From the NCBI RefSeq assembly GCF_018350175.1, contig NC_058382.1:41106001-41170000 (forward strand): a DNA stretch of 64,000 nt, read 5' to 3'. Shown here in pieces: positions 49,631 through 61,594 of this stretch. The translations under genes and the position numbers were made by a program. Position 1 is the stretch's first letter, and every line of letters begins with the position of its first letter. The notes below the pieces were generated by a model that worked only from the letters and a program-made list of their open reading frames with translations, was not told where the DNA came from and ran no database searches. Source of the DNA: Felis catus. Taxonomy: Eukaryota.

Positions 49631-50403
49631 ATTTAAAGGCTTTTGGAAAGCCATTATTTCTGCCTATCTCAGTCCCTTCTCACTTATTTCTAATTTCAAG
49701 AATTAATTTGGTTAAGCTACTACAAGTCTGACATCTAAGTAAGTGACACATAACTGTTCTTACACAGATATCAAATAGCCTATGAACCATACGTTCCACA
49801 CCTCTTAGAATGACTAGTCGATGTGTTTTTGTGAATAGATTGGGGACCCAAATAAACTCTTCCTGTGTCCACAGTGAAGAACATCATTGCTCTTGTACAA
49901 TATATTATTTGCAAAAAGAAATATACCTGGAGCTTCTCTTTCAGAGGGCCAAGTGTGTTCTGCGTGGATTTAGATTTCCTTACATATTATTGCTTAGATG
50001 AGCCGCCAGAACGCTCACATTTTCTGAAGGAAGTAGAGAAGCAGGAGTGGTTGCAAAGGGAGATTCATGCCCCAACTGGGCTGGGACTCATCAAAGGGCA
50101 AAGCTTTCCTGGGGCTCCAGACAGCTTCTCATCAAGATGCCCTGGAACTCTCCCAGCTTTGCTTCAGATGTTCCAAGCTCATTTTGGTATGTGCATTTAC
50201 ATCTTCTCTGTCTTCCTCAGGGGACGTGGTTTAAACTAAGGAGATTGTGAATTTGAAGTTTTGGAGCTCAGCTTGCCGACATTCCTCTAGAGGAAATCGT
50301 GGGGCAGAATGACAGGATCACTCCCTAGGGTTTAAGTACAAGGAAACAAACCTTCCTTCCCGCCCCACTTCCACCTCCAGTATCCATGCACTACGTGCGT
50401 GCA

Positions 50404-50406
<3 letters not shown>

Positions 50407-50450
<44 letters not shown>
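50407..50450. repeat. (AC)22 microsatellite
   Basis: Visible directly. Confidence 0.98.
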
Positions 50451-50452
<2 letters not shown>

Positions 50453-50614
50453 CTTCAGGCAAATCACTGGAATCATCCCAGACTTATTTACTCACTGTCA
50501 AAGGCGAATAGCAATGCCCAGACTCTATTGGGATGGGCATTGGGGGGCACGACAATTAAGTACAAAATACCAAACATGGTACCTGAGACATACTCAGCAT
50601 TCAACCCCTTTTTA

Positions 50615-50836
50615 TTTTTTTTTAATTTTTTTTCAACGTTTATTTATTTTTGGGACAGAGAGAGACAGAGCATGAACGGGGGAGGGGCAGAGAGAGAGGG
50701 AGACACAGAATCAGAAACAGGCTCCAGGCTCTGAGCCATCAGCCCAGAGCCTGACGCGGGGCTCGAACTCCCGGACCGCGAGATCGTGACCTGGCTGAAG
50801 TCGGAAGCTTAACCGACTGCGCCACCCAGGCGCCCC
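50615..50836 (-). mobile_element. Young Can-SINE (same subfamily as 47086)
   Basis: Reverse complement GGGGCGCCTGGGTGGCGCAGTCGGTTAAGCTTCCGACTTCAGCCAGG...; 14-bp TSD tcaa(c/t)cccttttta (50601-50614, 50837-50850). Confidence 0.98.
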
Positions 50837-51033
50837 TCAATCCCTTTTTAAAAAAATAAGAAATATAATTGCATGACTGGATATTTTAGGAACCTGCTGA
50901 GATTGTCCTCTCTCCATGAAGGTCTCTGTAATTTCTCCAGCTGAAAGTTTGTGTCCATTCTCCAAGGCTCACTTAGGACTCTGTTGGTTTCTGGGCAGAC
51001 ACAGTCACTATTTATTTCTTATTTGTGGTATTT

Positions 51034-51034
<1 letters not shown>

Positions 51035-51076
<42 letters not shown>
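51035..51076. repeat. (GT)21 microsatellite
   Basis: Visible directly. Confidence 0.98.
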
Positions 51077-51078
<2 letters not shown>

Positions 51079-51229
51079 ATGTCCCAGTGTCTGTGTGTGC
51101 ATTGTGTTTATGTCTGTGTTTCTTGTTGGACATTTCAGTCCTTAAATTTGCTAGTCCCAGACAGGAAATGTGGCTTTGTCTCTTGATCTCTGTGCTTGTC
51201 CACAGGAAGGATTAATAATGTCGTGACAA

Positions 51230-51535
51230 GTTTATTTATTTATCACCATGTGAGAGCTATTATTGTGTTCCAGGCTACTTACTAAGTGAGTTACTTTATA
51301 CATGGTATTTTATTTAGTCTCCATAACATCTCTAGGAGATAGGTTTCATTAACTGCATCCTTGTAACCATGATTTATATAGTCAATCAGACTGTAATGAC
51401 TTCCACCCCCCTACTAAGCAGATGAGGAAACCAAGGTTCCGAGGGCTTAAGTGGCTTACTGGGCTTCACACACCTGTGGAAGTGATGGATCTGGGACTTA
51501 AACCAGTCTTGTAACTAACTCAGGCTCTGAAATCT
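51230..51535 (-). mobile_element. MIR (with internal insertion)
   Basis: tttagtctccataacatctctaggagatagg...gcagatgaggaaaccaaggttccgagggcttaagtggctt...ctgggacttaaaccag. Confidence 0.78.
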
Positions 51536-51542
51536 AATTAAC

Positions 51543-51716
51543 CAATTGCTCCCATGGTGAGGCCTCCAAACCAGCGGTATCAGCATCACAAGGGAAGGTG
51601 TTAGAAATGCAAATTCTTGGGCCCCTGGCCCCAGACCTGTGGAATCAGAAATTCTGGGGGTAGGTTCCAATAGTCTTTATGTAACAAGCCTTTCAGCTTA
51701 GGTTTGGGAACTCCTG
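51543..51716 (+). mobile_element. MER5A hAT-Charlie MITE
   Basis: ccagcggtatcagcatcacaaggg...gttagaaatgcaaattcttgggccc...ccccagacctgtggaatcagaaattctggggg...taacaagcc...tttgggaactcctg. Confidence 0.85.
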
Positions 51717-51764
51717 CCCTAAAGCATCAAACCAGGCCCAGGCCTAGAAGTCAGGGCCAGGAGG

Positions 51765-52005
51765 GTGCCACGGTGGGTCACAGCAGCTCTGGTTCTGGTT
51801 TGAATTCCAAGCCAAGCTTCTCTGCTTTCTAACTATGTGCCTCCAACTATGTTTTTCATCATTCCTGTGTTCCAATTCCATCCTGTGTAAAATGCCATGA
51901 TGACAACAAACCCAGGTCACTGTGAAGATGAAAAATGTTGGTAAAACATTTAACCCAATACCTGACACATAGTAGGGACTTGGTAAGCGCTATTTGTCGT
52001 GATTA
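51765..52005 (+). mobile_element. MIR
   Basis: ggtttgaattcc...ctgtgtaaaatgccatgatgac...gtgaagatgaaa...atacctgacacatagtagggact. Confidence 0.75.
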
Positions 52006-52159
52006 TAATTTAAAGACCTAAGATTACTTTTCCAACATAGTTCTTCAGGATCCAACTCAGAGTCTGAATTGTTTTGTTTGCTTTTTATTTTTTATTTTTG
52101 ATAGAAGACAAAATGACTTGGGGTTCTCCTTGCTTGAGCTCCTAAATTTTCCTTCTTGT

Positions 52160-52382
52160 TTTTTTTTTTTAATTTTTTTTTAACGTTTATTTATTTTTGA
52201 GACAGAGAGAGACAGAGCATGAACGGGGGAGGGTCAGAGAGAGGGAGACACAGAATCAGAAACAGGCTCCAGGCTCCGAGCTGTCAGCATAGAGCCCGAC
52301 ACGGGGCTCGAACACACAGACCGTGAGATCGTGACCTGAGCCGAAGTCGGCCGCTCAACTGACTGAGCCACCCAGGCGCCCC
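52160..52382 (-). mobile_element. Can-SINE (SINEC_Fc)
   Basis: Ends gtcggccgctcaactgactgagccacccaggcgcccc; perfect 18-bp TSD ctaaattttccttcttgt (52142-52159, 52383-52400). Confidence 0.97.
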
Positions 52383-52629
52383 CTAAATTTTCCTTCTTGT
52401 GCTGTGTCAGTCTTCTAAGGATTTCCAGTTGTTTACCCCTCTCCTGAATTGCCTACCCTTTCTTGAAGGGTGTGACTTAAGTGCTTTTCCTAGAGAAAGG
52501 TCTGATGTAATATGATCTCAAAGTCAGCCTGGAATCTGTCTGCAAATTTGAGTCATGAACCTTAGGCATGCTTAACATGTGGAATCTTCTTTTACCTTAT
52601 ATGCAGAAAGAGGGGGAAATTATCATGGG

Positions 52630-52800
52630 AGGAGATGCTAACATTTATTGAGCATTTACTGTGTCCCAGACATTCTTCCAAATATTTTCTATGTTATCTC
52701 ATGCAAGCCTCAGTTTACCTGTGAGGTAGGTAGTAATACTGTCTCCTGTCACAGAGAAGTCACACAAATAAGAGTGGAATCCACAAAGTCTGACTACCAA
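52630..52800 (-). mobile_element. MIR
   Basis: gctaacatttattgagcatttactgtgtcccag...ctcatgcaagcctc...gtgaggtaggtag...acagagaag. Confidence 0.7.
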
Positions 52801-52810
52801 GCAAGAATTC

Positions 52811-53406
52811 TTTTTTTTTTTTTTTAAAGAGATCCCAGTATAATTAACATACAGTGTTATGTTAGTTTTGGATGTACATTAATTAAACAATTCTATACAT
52901 TACTCAGTGCTCAACATGAGAAGTGCACTCTTGATCCCCATCACCTATTTCACCCATTCCCCCACCCACCTCCTCTCTGGTCTGGTAACCATCAGTTTGT
53001 TCTCTCTACTTAAGAGTATGTTTTGAGGTTTATCTCTTTTCTTCTTTGTTTGTTTGTTTTGTTTCTTAAATTCCACATATGAGTGAAATCATGTAGTATT
53101 TGTCTTTCTCTCACTGACTTGTTTTACTTAGCATAATACCCTCTAGATCTATTAGTGTTATTGCAAATGGCAGGATTTCATCCTTTTTTTTTAAAGTTTA
53201 TTTATTTATTTTGAGAGAGAGAGAGCACGCAAGCATGAGCAGGGGAGGGGCAGAGAGAGGGAGAAAGAGAGAATCCCAAGCAGGCTCTGCACCATCAGCA
53301 CAGAGCCAAAAATGGGACTTGAATTCACAAACCATGAGATCATGACCTGAACAGAAACCAAGAGTCAGATATTTAACAAGCTGAGCCACCTTATCCTTTT
53401 TTATGA
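52811..53406 (-). mobile_element. Carnivore L1 (L1_Carn-type) 3' end, interrupted by a SINE and running into a gap
   Basis: Poly-T, then cagtataattaacatacagtgttatgttagtttt...ggtaaccatcagtttgttctct...ttccacatatgagtgaaatcatg...ttgcaaatggcaggatttcatcc. Confidence 0.88.
53190..53390 (-). mobile_element. Can-SINE lacking about 10 nt of its 5' end, nested in L1
   Basis: Ends ctgagccacc without caggcgcccc; TSD tcatcctttttt (53178-53189) vs ttatcctttttt (53391-53402). Confidence 0.92.
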
Positions 53407-53565
53407 NNNNNNNNNNNNNNNNNNNNNNNNNNNNNNNNNNNNNNNNNNNNNNNNNNNNNNNNNNNNNNNNNNNNNNNNNNNNNNNNNNNNNNNNNNNNNN
53501 NNNNNNNNNNNNNNNNNNNNNNNNNNNNNNNNNNNNNNNNNNNNNNNNNNNNNNNNNNNNNNNNN
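53407..53565. other. Assembly gap (159 N)
   Basis: N run. Confidence 1.
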
Positions 53566-53660
53566 TGAGTGAAATAAGTAAAACACAAAATGGTGCCTGG
53601 CACATGAAAGTGCTTATTAAATATTAGTTGAAGCAATGAATAATGATAATAGTAGTAATA
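53566..53660 (+). mobile_element. MIR 3' end
   Basis: ggtgcctggcacatgaaagtgcttattaaatattagttg. Confidence 0.65.
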
Positions 53661-53812
53661 TTAAAGACAATCATCAACAATGCTAGAGATTTTATCATTT
53701 GTTACAGGTGGGATTGAATCTCCTGAGAACCAGGTAAAGAGATCTCTGTCTTGCCCATGAGTTCAGCCAGCACTTAGAGAAGACTTCTCTCTCTTCCCCC
53801 CTGGTGAACCAC

Positions 53813-53968
53813 NNNNNNNNNNNNNNNNNNNNNNNNNNNNNNNNNNNNNNNNNNNNNNNNNNNNNNNNNNNNNNNNNNNNNNNNNNNNNNNNNNNNNNNN
53901 NNNNNNNNNNNNNNNNNNNNNNNNNNNNNNNNNNNNNNNNNNNNNNNNNNNNNNNNNNNNNNNNNNNN
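53813..53968. other. Assembly gap (156 N)
   Basis: N run. Confidence 1.
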
Positions 53969-54329
53969 ACGATGACCTTTAAAACTAGTGTCATCCACCT
54001 CATAACCATGTGCCATATGTTGGATGTCAGATAATAAAGCATATTTAAACTTAGCAGGCTCCATAACACCTTATGGCTGACTGGCAAGTAATTAATGACT
54101 TCCTTACCAGCATCTTCTGGGCTAAGGCTGACAAGGCGTTTTGTTTGCCACTTAGTGTCCGTTTGCATTGGAACCTTTTCAAACATACTCCAGGGAGATT
54201 TCATTGTATACTGAGCTTCCCCATTCACTCTTGGCATTTGAGGCCAGGACACTTCCTCCCATGACACTTATTGCCATGCAGAAGAATATACTAGATGTAG
54301 ATCCCTAAGTACTACATGTTTTACATGGG

Positions 54330-54500
54330 TTCTCATTCATTGCTTATGGTCATCTCCCAGGACAAGGGTTTCTGTACCCATTTACACCCACTTAGCAGAC
54401 AAAAAGAGTGAGGATCAAAGAGGCTGAGCAATTTCCCCAGTTCATGGAAGGGCTTTGATTTGAACCTACATTGCTGACTCCTAATGCTATGACTTCATTT
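54330..54500 (-). mobile_element. MIR
   Basis: cagacaaaaagagtgaggatcaaagaggctgagcaatttcccc...gatttgaacctac...gactcc. Confidence 0.65.
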
Positions 54501-55493
54501 TCATTTATTTTCCTTTTCACTGAAATGCAAGATATTATGTTGACTGTCTTCTTGTCATGCTCAGAGAGTCAAGCTCTGCTCACATTCATTTCTGAATCCC
54601 AGTATCTCCAGTCTCCTTCCAGTTCAACACTTCTATCACCCCAAGGGTCCACGTAGAGACAAATGAGCAGGGATTCTGACAGTTGCCCAGGACTCATGTT
54701 TCTTCCAACAGCCATTCATTCACAGCCTCAACCAGTAAGCCATGGCTAGACTCCTCTGTGCACCAGGAGATTTATCAGAAATCTTAAATCACACAATTTT
54801 ATTAACTACATACGAGGAACAAATATTAATCAATTTACCCTTTGTGAACCTTAGATTTCTAGGGACTATCCTTGGTCCCAATGAAAGTAACTTCCAGTCT
54901 TTAGAAGAGGTATTTTGAAGTGATTACCTTGGAATGAAGGGGAACCAAGGGAAACCATGCATATACCCAGCTGCCCAGATATTCAGATACTCCATAATGC
55001 AGGTGAGACCAATAGAATTTGAATGGGAGAAGAACTGAACAGCACCGTGTTCCCAGAACCTCCTACAAGTCCATGTCTTTAACTATAGAGTTAAGCAGGG
55101 TTAAAGGTAACAACCCAGGCCTCTAGGAGTCATAACTTATCTGAGTTCAGTTGTAACATAGTGGAGACCTCTCAAGATAAGAGAGCCAGTGGGGAGGCTA
55201 GGGATGGGCACACTAGCCAAGCAATAATGTGAGTAAGGTAGGTCCAGCAATCCAAGTCACCATATCCAAGGAGGTGGGACAACCTGGGATATGGTTCCAT
55301 TATTGTTAATGCTCCATAGATTCCCTCATTGGGGAGGGTGACACAGTACTAGTCTCAAATTTGTTCTCAGGTTAGAGCACATTATATGCCCACAGACACA
55401 AAGTCGTAGGGAAAATATGGCACATAGCCCTCTGTTCTGAACTTTCCCTGACCACTTTTAAAATAAATTATATGTTGAAATTAACAGGAATAT

Positions 55494-55640
55494 NNNNNNN
55501 NNNNNNNNNNNNNNNNNNNNNNNNNNNNNNNNNNNNNNNNNNNNNNNNNNNNNNNNNNNNNNNNNNNNNNNNNNNNNNNNNNNNNNNNNNNNNNNNNNNN
55601 NNNNNNNNNNNNNNNNNNNNNNNNNNNNNNNNNNNNNNNN
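55494..55640. other. Assembly gap (147 N)
   Basis: N run. Confidence 1.
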
Positions 55641-58600
55641 TCAAAATACTTTGGTCATTTCAATGGACTTTCAGGCTATGCCTCCAGACCTCCCAGGGTA
55701 TGATTTTTCATTTAATCTGTAAGAGTGATAGAGAACTTTGATGAACCATGATGTTGCTTACCTGCCCTTACAAACCCACTTGAAATTCTGTACAAAAAAA
55801 ACCCTGTAGGGTTTTTTTTTGTTTTAGAACTTCTCACAATTTTCATTTTTCTACCATACTGATCTCTTTAGTTGATGACTTTTTTCCATCTAAAGTGTAA
55901 GCTCCAGGTAAGCAGAGATCTTGTCTGTCTTGTGCGTGGGAACACAAAGAGACCATTTTACCCAGAGTGTCAGCCACATCCACCCATCCTGGAGTCCAGA
56001 TAAAAAGGGTCTTGTGTAGGTAATCTTTTCACTCTAAAAGTGACATGGCCATGGCCATGGTCAGCAGCAAAGACATTTGGTGAGCATCAGCCAGTGGCTG
56101 GGAGTAAAAAATAAAGATGAACTACCTATGGCAAAATGAAGACTCCCAGACTGTGGTGTATCAAGTTCACTTGCTTATAGTTCTTGATTGGCTTCTCTGA
56201 AGTTTGACATAGATACTCAGTGGAGCAAGACTTACTTTAGAGAAGCTCCCTAATACCTTTAGGGAGTACCTGGGGACAGAAACAGACTGACACTAAGCAT
56301 TAACCTAAGAATCTGCTGAGATGTGATAGAGTGTAGGGGAAGGGAACCTTGGTCCACAGGATTTGCCTATTCCACCCTAGACCACTTCATAAAAGAAAAT
56401 GCCTACCCCACTTCCAGTGAGATCTTGCTTCCTCCCCCTAGTTCATATGAAGTATTGAATTAAATCCAATCGCATTGAAATGTTGCATTTCAGATTCCAC
56501 TTTTCACTTCTTCATTTACTTTCTGGTATAAAGACGCTCTGGGTTTTATTTAGTCAGACGTCTAACTAGAAATTGCACTTTTCAGAAAAGATAAAAAATA
56601 ATGATCATCTAATTCCCTATTTTCTACAGAGCCACTTAACTTTCAAGTACTCAGTACTAATCAATAAAAGCCTTTCATCACAAAACCCAATAAGCAAGAT
56701 CAAATTCAAGGGAAATGCTCAAAAGAGAGCATGGTTGGCACCCAAACCATTTTGTGAGGTCAGAATCACTTTTCCACATGAAGCTATTTCCTACTTATGG
56801 CCCGAAGCCATGCCACCTCCTGCTCTCTGATCTCTCACTTTCAGAAGCTGAGTCCACTGGGTGTCCTGCTGAGAACACAGGGTCTACTGTGATCAGCATC
56901 TGGTGAAAATCTAAAACTGGAACTGACACCAGATACATTGTGTTACCTGCTTGATGCCCAATTTAAGGGCTGCTTCTCATCCAGGAGAACTTGCACCCAT
57001 GGGTTTAGAGAAGAAAGCAGATATGAAAAACGATGTTAAGATTCAGTCTCCGATGACGTTAAGGTGGCATTTGGACCAAGATTTTCTGAGCTCGTTCCCT
57101 ATACCTCCTTCCTTTTCTCTACCCCCTCCAGGGAAGATGAAAATATGGGGAATAGGAGAAACAAAAGTGGAAGAGCCCTAATATTCAGCTGGGCTTGAAC
57201 CCCAGATCTTAGTACAGAAAACTCTGGTAAGCTGGATTGCAGTTCAGGGTCAATATTAGCCTTTCCTCCCACCTTAAAATCTAGCCTTTGAATATTACCA
57301 TCCACCATTCAGTCACATGGAAAGAAAGGACAGAAGAGTGAGAGAAAAATCTGCCAACAAATGTAGACCAATTAGTTAATTGAAATTTGCTCATTGATAG
57401 TAGGATTCAACTATTACCTCTATGAAAATAGTAAACTGATGTTTGGATTCAACTCTTCTATGAAGAAAACTTTCCTGTAATATAGGTGAAACTTAATGAA
57501 TACTTGTTAATTTATGTGTGAATGTGTGAGAAAAAGAAAGAAATTATAGATATACAGATATATTCCTCTCATAAACTATTTTAACCCAAATTGGAAACAC
57601 ATTACCACAACTAAAACATTAATAATTCCTTGAAACATATCCAAAGCACAATTTATTGTTAAATAGATTTTTTTCTTTATTGCCTTTCTGTGTTATATTT
57701 AAAAAATACTAGCAAAGGTTGTAGAATTTTGCTCTAAGTAAAAATCCATGGGCATCAGCAAAAATATACATAGGTAGAAAACTGTTAAAATATAAGTAGT
57801 ATCACCAAATGAACAATAGTTCACAGTTAAAGGTCAGATGTCAGTGTAATATTAATAGCAATATAAATGCTTGCAGAATTGTTTTAATGTTTATTCCAGA
57901 AATGGGTTATTGTAAATTGCAATACAAAATTCCTAAAAATTATTAGCTCCCAGGCTACTTGGAACATTTTTTTTTCTTCAGATCAAGTCTAGAAGTCAAA
58001 GTAAAAGAAATCACTCATGTCCAAAGACCTCAATCCCAAAGTCACTGCTTGTTTAAGAGAACAGGAACAACCAATGGCTTTGGATTGGACTTATCCATGT
58101 GAATCCACCCACCACTGAGTATCACAGCCCATGCCAAGTAGGCTGTGGGCAGTATTTCAGTGCACTTTTAAGATGACCAAAATACTCCTGATTAAAATCT
58201 AATACAATAACTTCACTGCTTTCCTTCTAGAACCTGAACTTATGAAGCAAATAACCAACTTTTCCCCGCAAAAGTTGATACTTCATGAAGGAGAACTCTA
58301 GGAATCCCACCCACAAGAAATCAAAATACTGATCCTTCTTACCTTATTAGCCTATTTACAATAGCGAAGTTATAAATTCTTTAATTATAAAACTTCACCT
58401 TGCCAGCCATCCTGCATCAACCCCAGAGGTCAACCAGAGGTTGCTCTTCCAAAAAATGGCCATTAAATTTGATCCACTTATTTGGAAAGAGCATCACTGT
58501 TGTCTAGATTTGGGGATGTTGCCTTGTTTGTTGAGTAGCCTCCAGGTCTTCTATGCGTCAAATGTTTATTAGTGAAAAATAAGTGAATGAACAAGTAAAT

Positions 58601-59649
58601 TACCTTAAGTTTGGTGGGAAGGGTAGAAATCATGGAAACAAACAAAAAAGAACCTGTCCCTTTCTAAGAAAGATTTTGGCATTTTATTTTGAACAAGTTT
58701 AGAGCTGGATGCTTGGTTTTGTAACTGTGGGCTACAGTTTCCATCATCCACTGTAGAGAACTCTCGTTTTACCAGATCTTATTTTGACTTGAAATGTTTC
58801 ATGACAGGTTTATGGCATTAATTTCCTCCTCTTGGGTGCCTGGTCTTTATATGTGTTTTCTTCAGAGGGTAAATCAACTTACTAAGGCCAGATAGAGTAT
58901 CAGGTACGTGACCATAAGAAATGGTCTTAAGCAAACAGACTATGAGGGATTGTGGCCCACCATAGAATACCCCCTCTGCCAGGTTTTAATGCTAAAAGCC
59001 ACCAGAACACATAAGTAATCAGCTTTTAAAAATAAAGGAGTTTTAATTAAATGATTTCTCAGAGCCTTATTGCTGACACCATCACTTCTATTTCTAATGG
59101 ATTTTGAGACTTGTTGTTCAGAAGTTAATCCTGTTAATAAGATTCGATTTTCTTTTTGCCTTAATAGTGTACTTTGAAATACTTATGAGGAAGCCAGGGC
59201 ATATGTGGTGTGCTGGACTGGCGGGGCTCTGTGTGTAATCTTAGCAAATGAGACTAAGAGGAGAATGGAGATAAAAAGGGGAAAGATTGACTTCTTTGCA
59301 ATTTAGAAAAGAAGATAGGCTGTTGTTTCCTTCTATGGGTCCAGTGAAATTCTGTTCAATCTGGGATGCAAGTGTTACAGTCAATGGCCTTTAACCTGAA
59401 AGGGACCAGCCAACTCCCTTCTAACAATCTAACTGCTTAATAACTGCAGAAATGATTGTACATTTGATTAAAAAGAAAAAAATTCCTGGTGCAAAGCAGA
59501 CCTGCCCGTTCTCCAGATTTTCTTCTGATGAGATTTCCCTAATGAGCTTTAATAGTCCTTTATGTTTAAAACCTTTTTTGACTACCTTAGAGATATAAAA
59601 TCTATGACTCTAACATAGAATCCAGAAACAATTTTGTTTTATGTACCTC

Positions 59650-60230
59650 TTATTCATCGTAGATATAGTATTATGAACCTGCTATGTGCAGGGTGCCTGG
59701 ATGGCTCAGTTGGTTAAGCAACTGACTTTGACTCAGGTCTTGATCTCATGGCTCATGAGTTCAAGCCCCATGTCAGGCTCAGTGCTGATAGCTCAGAGCC
59801 TGGAACCTGCTTCAGACTTTGTGTCTCCCCTCTTTCTGTCCCTCTCCCACTCGCTCGCTCTGTCTTAAAAAATAAACATTATTTTTTTTTAAATAAAAGA
59901 ACCTACTATATGCAAGATAGTGGATGAAGAGTTCAAAAACCAACCAGAATTTCATTTCGATATTTGAGGATAATAGTGGAAAGGGAGGGCATGTCAGGTG
60001 AGGGCCTGCTCTAAGTAAGGACATTGTACTGTCATAGGGGAGGCAGGCTTTGAGGATGAGTCTGCATCCGGACTCTGTGTTCATGAAGGAGAGTATCTGG
60101 AAAGCAATCTGAAAGTTAATCTAGAGCAAGAAGGTAAAGGTCTTGAATGCCAGGCTAAGAAAGCATGGGCTTTATTCTGTAGACAGTGAGAAGTGCTGCA
60201 TTTTGGTAGGGAGGGGGGAGCAGGGGAAAT
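59650..60230 (-). mobile_element. Degenerate L2 fragment split by a SINE
   Basis: attatgaacctgctatgtgca|agatagtgg...; aaaggtcttgaatgccaggctaagaaagcatgggctttattctgtagacagtgag. Confidence 0.6.
59691..59898 (+). mobile_element. Can-SINE
   Basis: gggtgcctggatggctcagttggttaagc head; TSD gaacctgctatgtgca (59675-59690) vs gaacctactatatgca (59899-59914). Confidence 0.94.
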
Positions 60231-60382
60231 TTATTGTTCAAGCTAGTGCTTGAAAACACAGTGAAAGTTTTGAATTAGGGAATATTTTCTCATGCTTTAA
60301 AAACGTTGTTTCCTAACTTTCCCAGAATTATAATACATCTGGTTATTGTTGATGCTCTACTGAACTGAAAACTTTTATTAGT

Positions 60383-60522
60383 NNNNNNNNNNNNNNNNNN
60401 NNNNNNNNNNNNNNNNNNNNNNNNNNNNNNNNNNNNNNNNNNNNNNNNNNNNNNNNNNNNNNNNNNNNNNNNNNNNNNNNNNNNNNNNNNNNNNNNNNNN
60501 NNNNNNNNNNNNNNNNNNNNNN
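60383..60522. other. Assembly gap (140 N)
   Basis: N run. Confidence 1.
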
Positions 60523-61594
60523 AAAGTAGGAATCCCCAAACTAATATATTTATATCTCCATGTAAGTTGCACAAATGTCTCCCCAGCTAGCAGCACATTG
60601 TGTTGTCTTGACAGAGTTCTTCCACTGATGTTGGTGCTTTCTCCCTCTTTGCAGGAAGAAAAAAGGGATGTTTAAAATATAAAAGAAATTAATTATCAAG
60701 GTAATCTTGAGAGACTTAAAAAATAATTTAAGAAGGAATTTCAATTTGAAAAGCTCACTGTTCCTGGTGCTTCTCTGCAAAGGCTTCAGAGTGTGTATGT
60801 GGGTTTCCTAAAACTCACTGCTGCATTTACATTTAAATGAAAATACAGACATACATGTTTGACAAAGACCATGTACTTATGCACCTTAAAACCATTCTTT
60901 CATAAAAGGAACAGAAAACATCCTGCTATGCCAATACACCAAGATACCAATTTATTCTTTGTGGAAAAAGATAGCATATTATACGTCAGTCTGGAATACT
61001 TATTGTTTACTTTCCATGTACTTGTCTATATTTATATTTAGTTTATTCATTATTTTGCTGGACAGACATATATGTTAAGAATCAGCCTCCTGAAGAAACA
61101 ATGGCTGAGGTGTGTATTCTTTTAGTTACTGACGGTGAAAACTGAGAAAACTTTGAGGTTTGTTTTGACTGCACTCTGCTCTCCTGACTGCCACCGTTCT
61201 TGTTTTCGTGAAACTGAGACCCACGTGGTCATATGACTTACCCTGACTTGTGCCCCATGTGACAGTGCTGGGATTTGGAATTATGTCTCTTGACTCCTCA
61301 CCAGTGCTCATTTTTGACATGTTTCTTGCACGCTCACTTAAGATACTTATTGGGAGAATGTCAGTAGCATCTGAAAAGGATCTTACCCATCCAAGATCTT
61401 TCTGCTTGTCGTAAACCAACCAGTGTGCTAGGTTGGAGATGACATGGACTGGGGGATGTGAGCAATTAGTACTGATAAAAGAGCTAGTTTTGCAAAAGTC
61501 AGGGTGTGTAATTACTTCCCTAGCATGTGTTCTTTTGTTCTAAGTCTAATTATTCAATACAGGCAATACCATAGTATCTGTGTTACTGTCTGTA

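Noticed and set aside
18670-51615. Scattered octamers ATGCAAAT/ATTTGCAT (18670, 22873, 25392, 26978, 49069, ~51608)
   Set aside because: About 4 are expected by chance at this composition, and one is part of the MER5A consensus.
55756-55810. Minus-strand 26-nt mini-exon (ttttttttgtacag|...cag|gtaagc)
   Set aside because: Short pyrimidine tract with a nearby upstream AG, not frame-preserving, and no partner exons.
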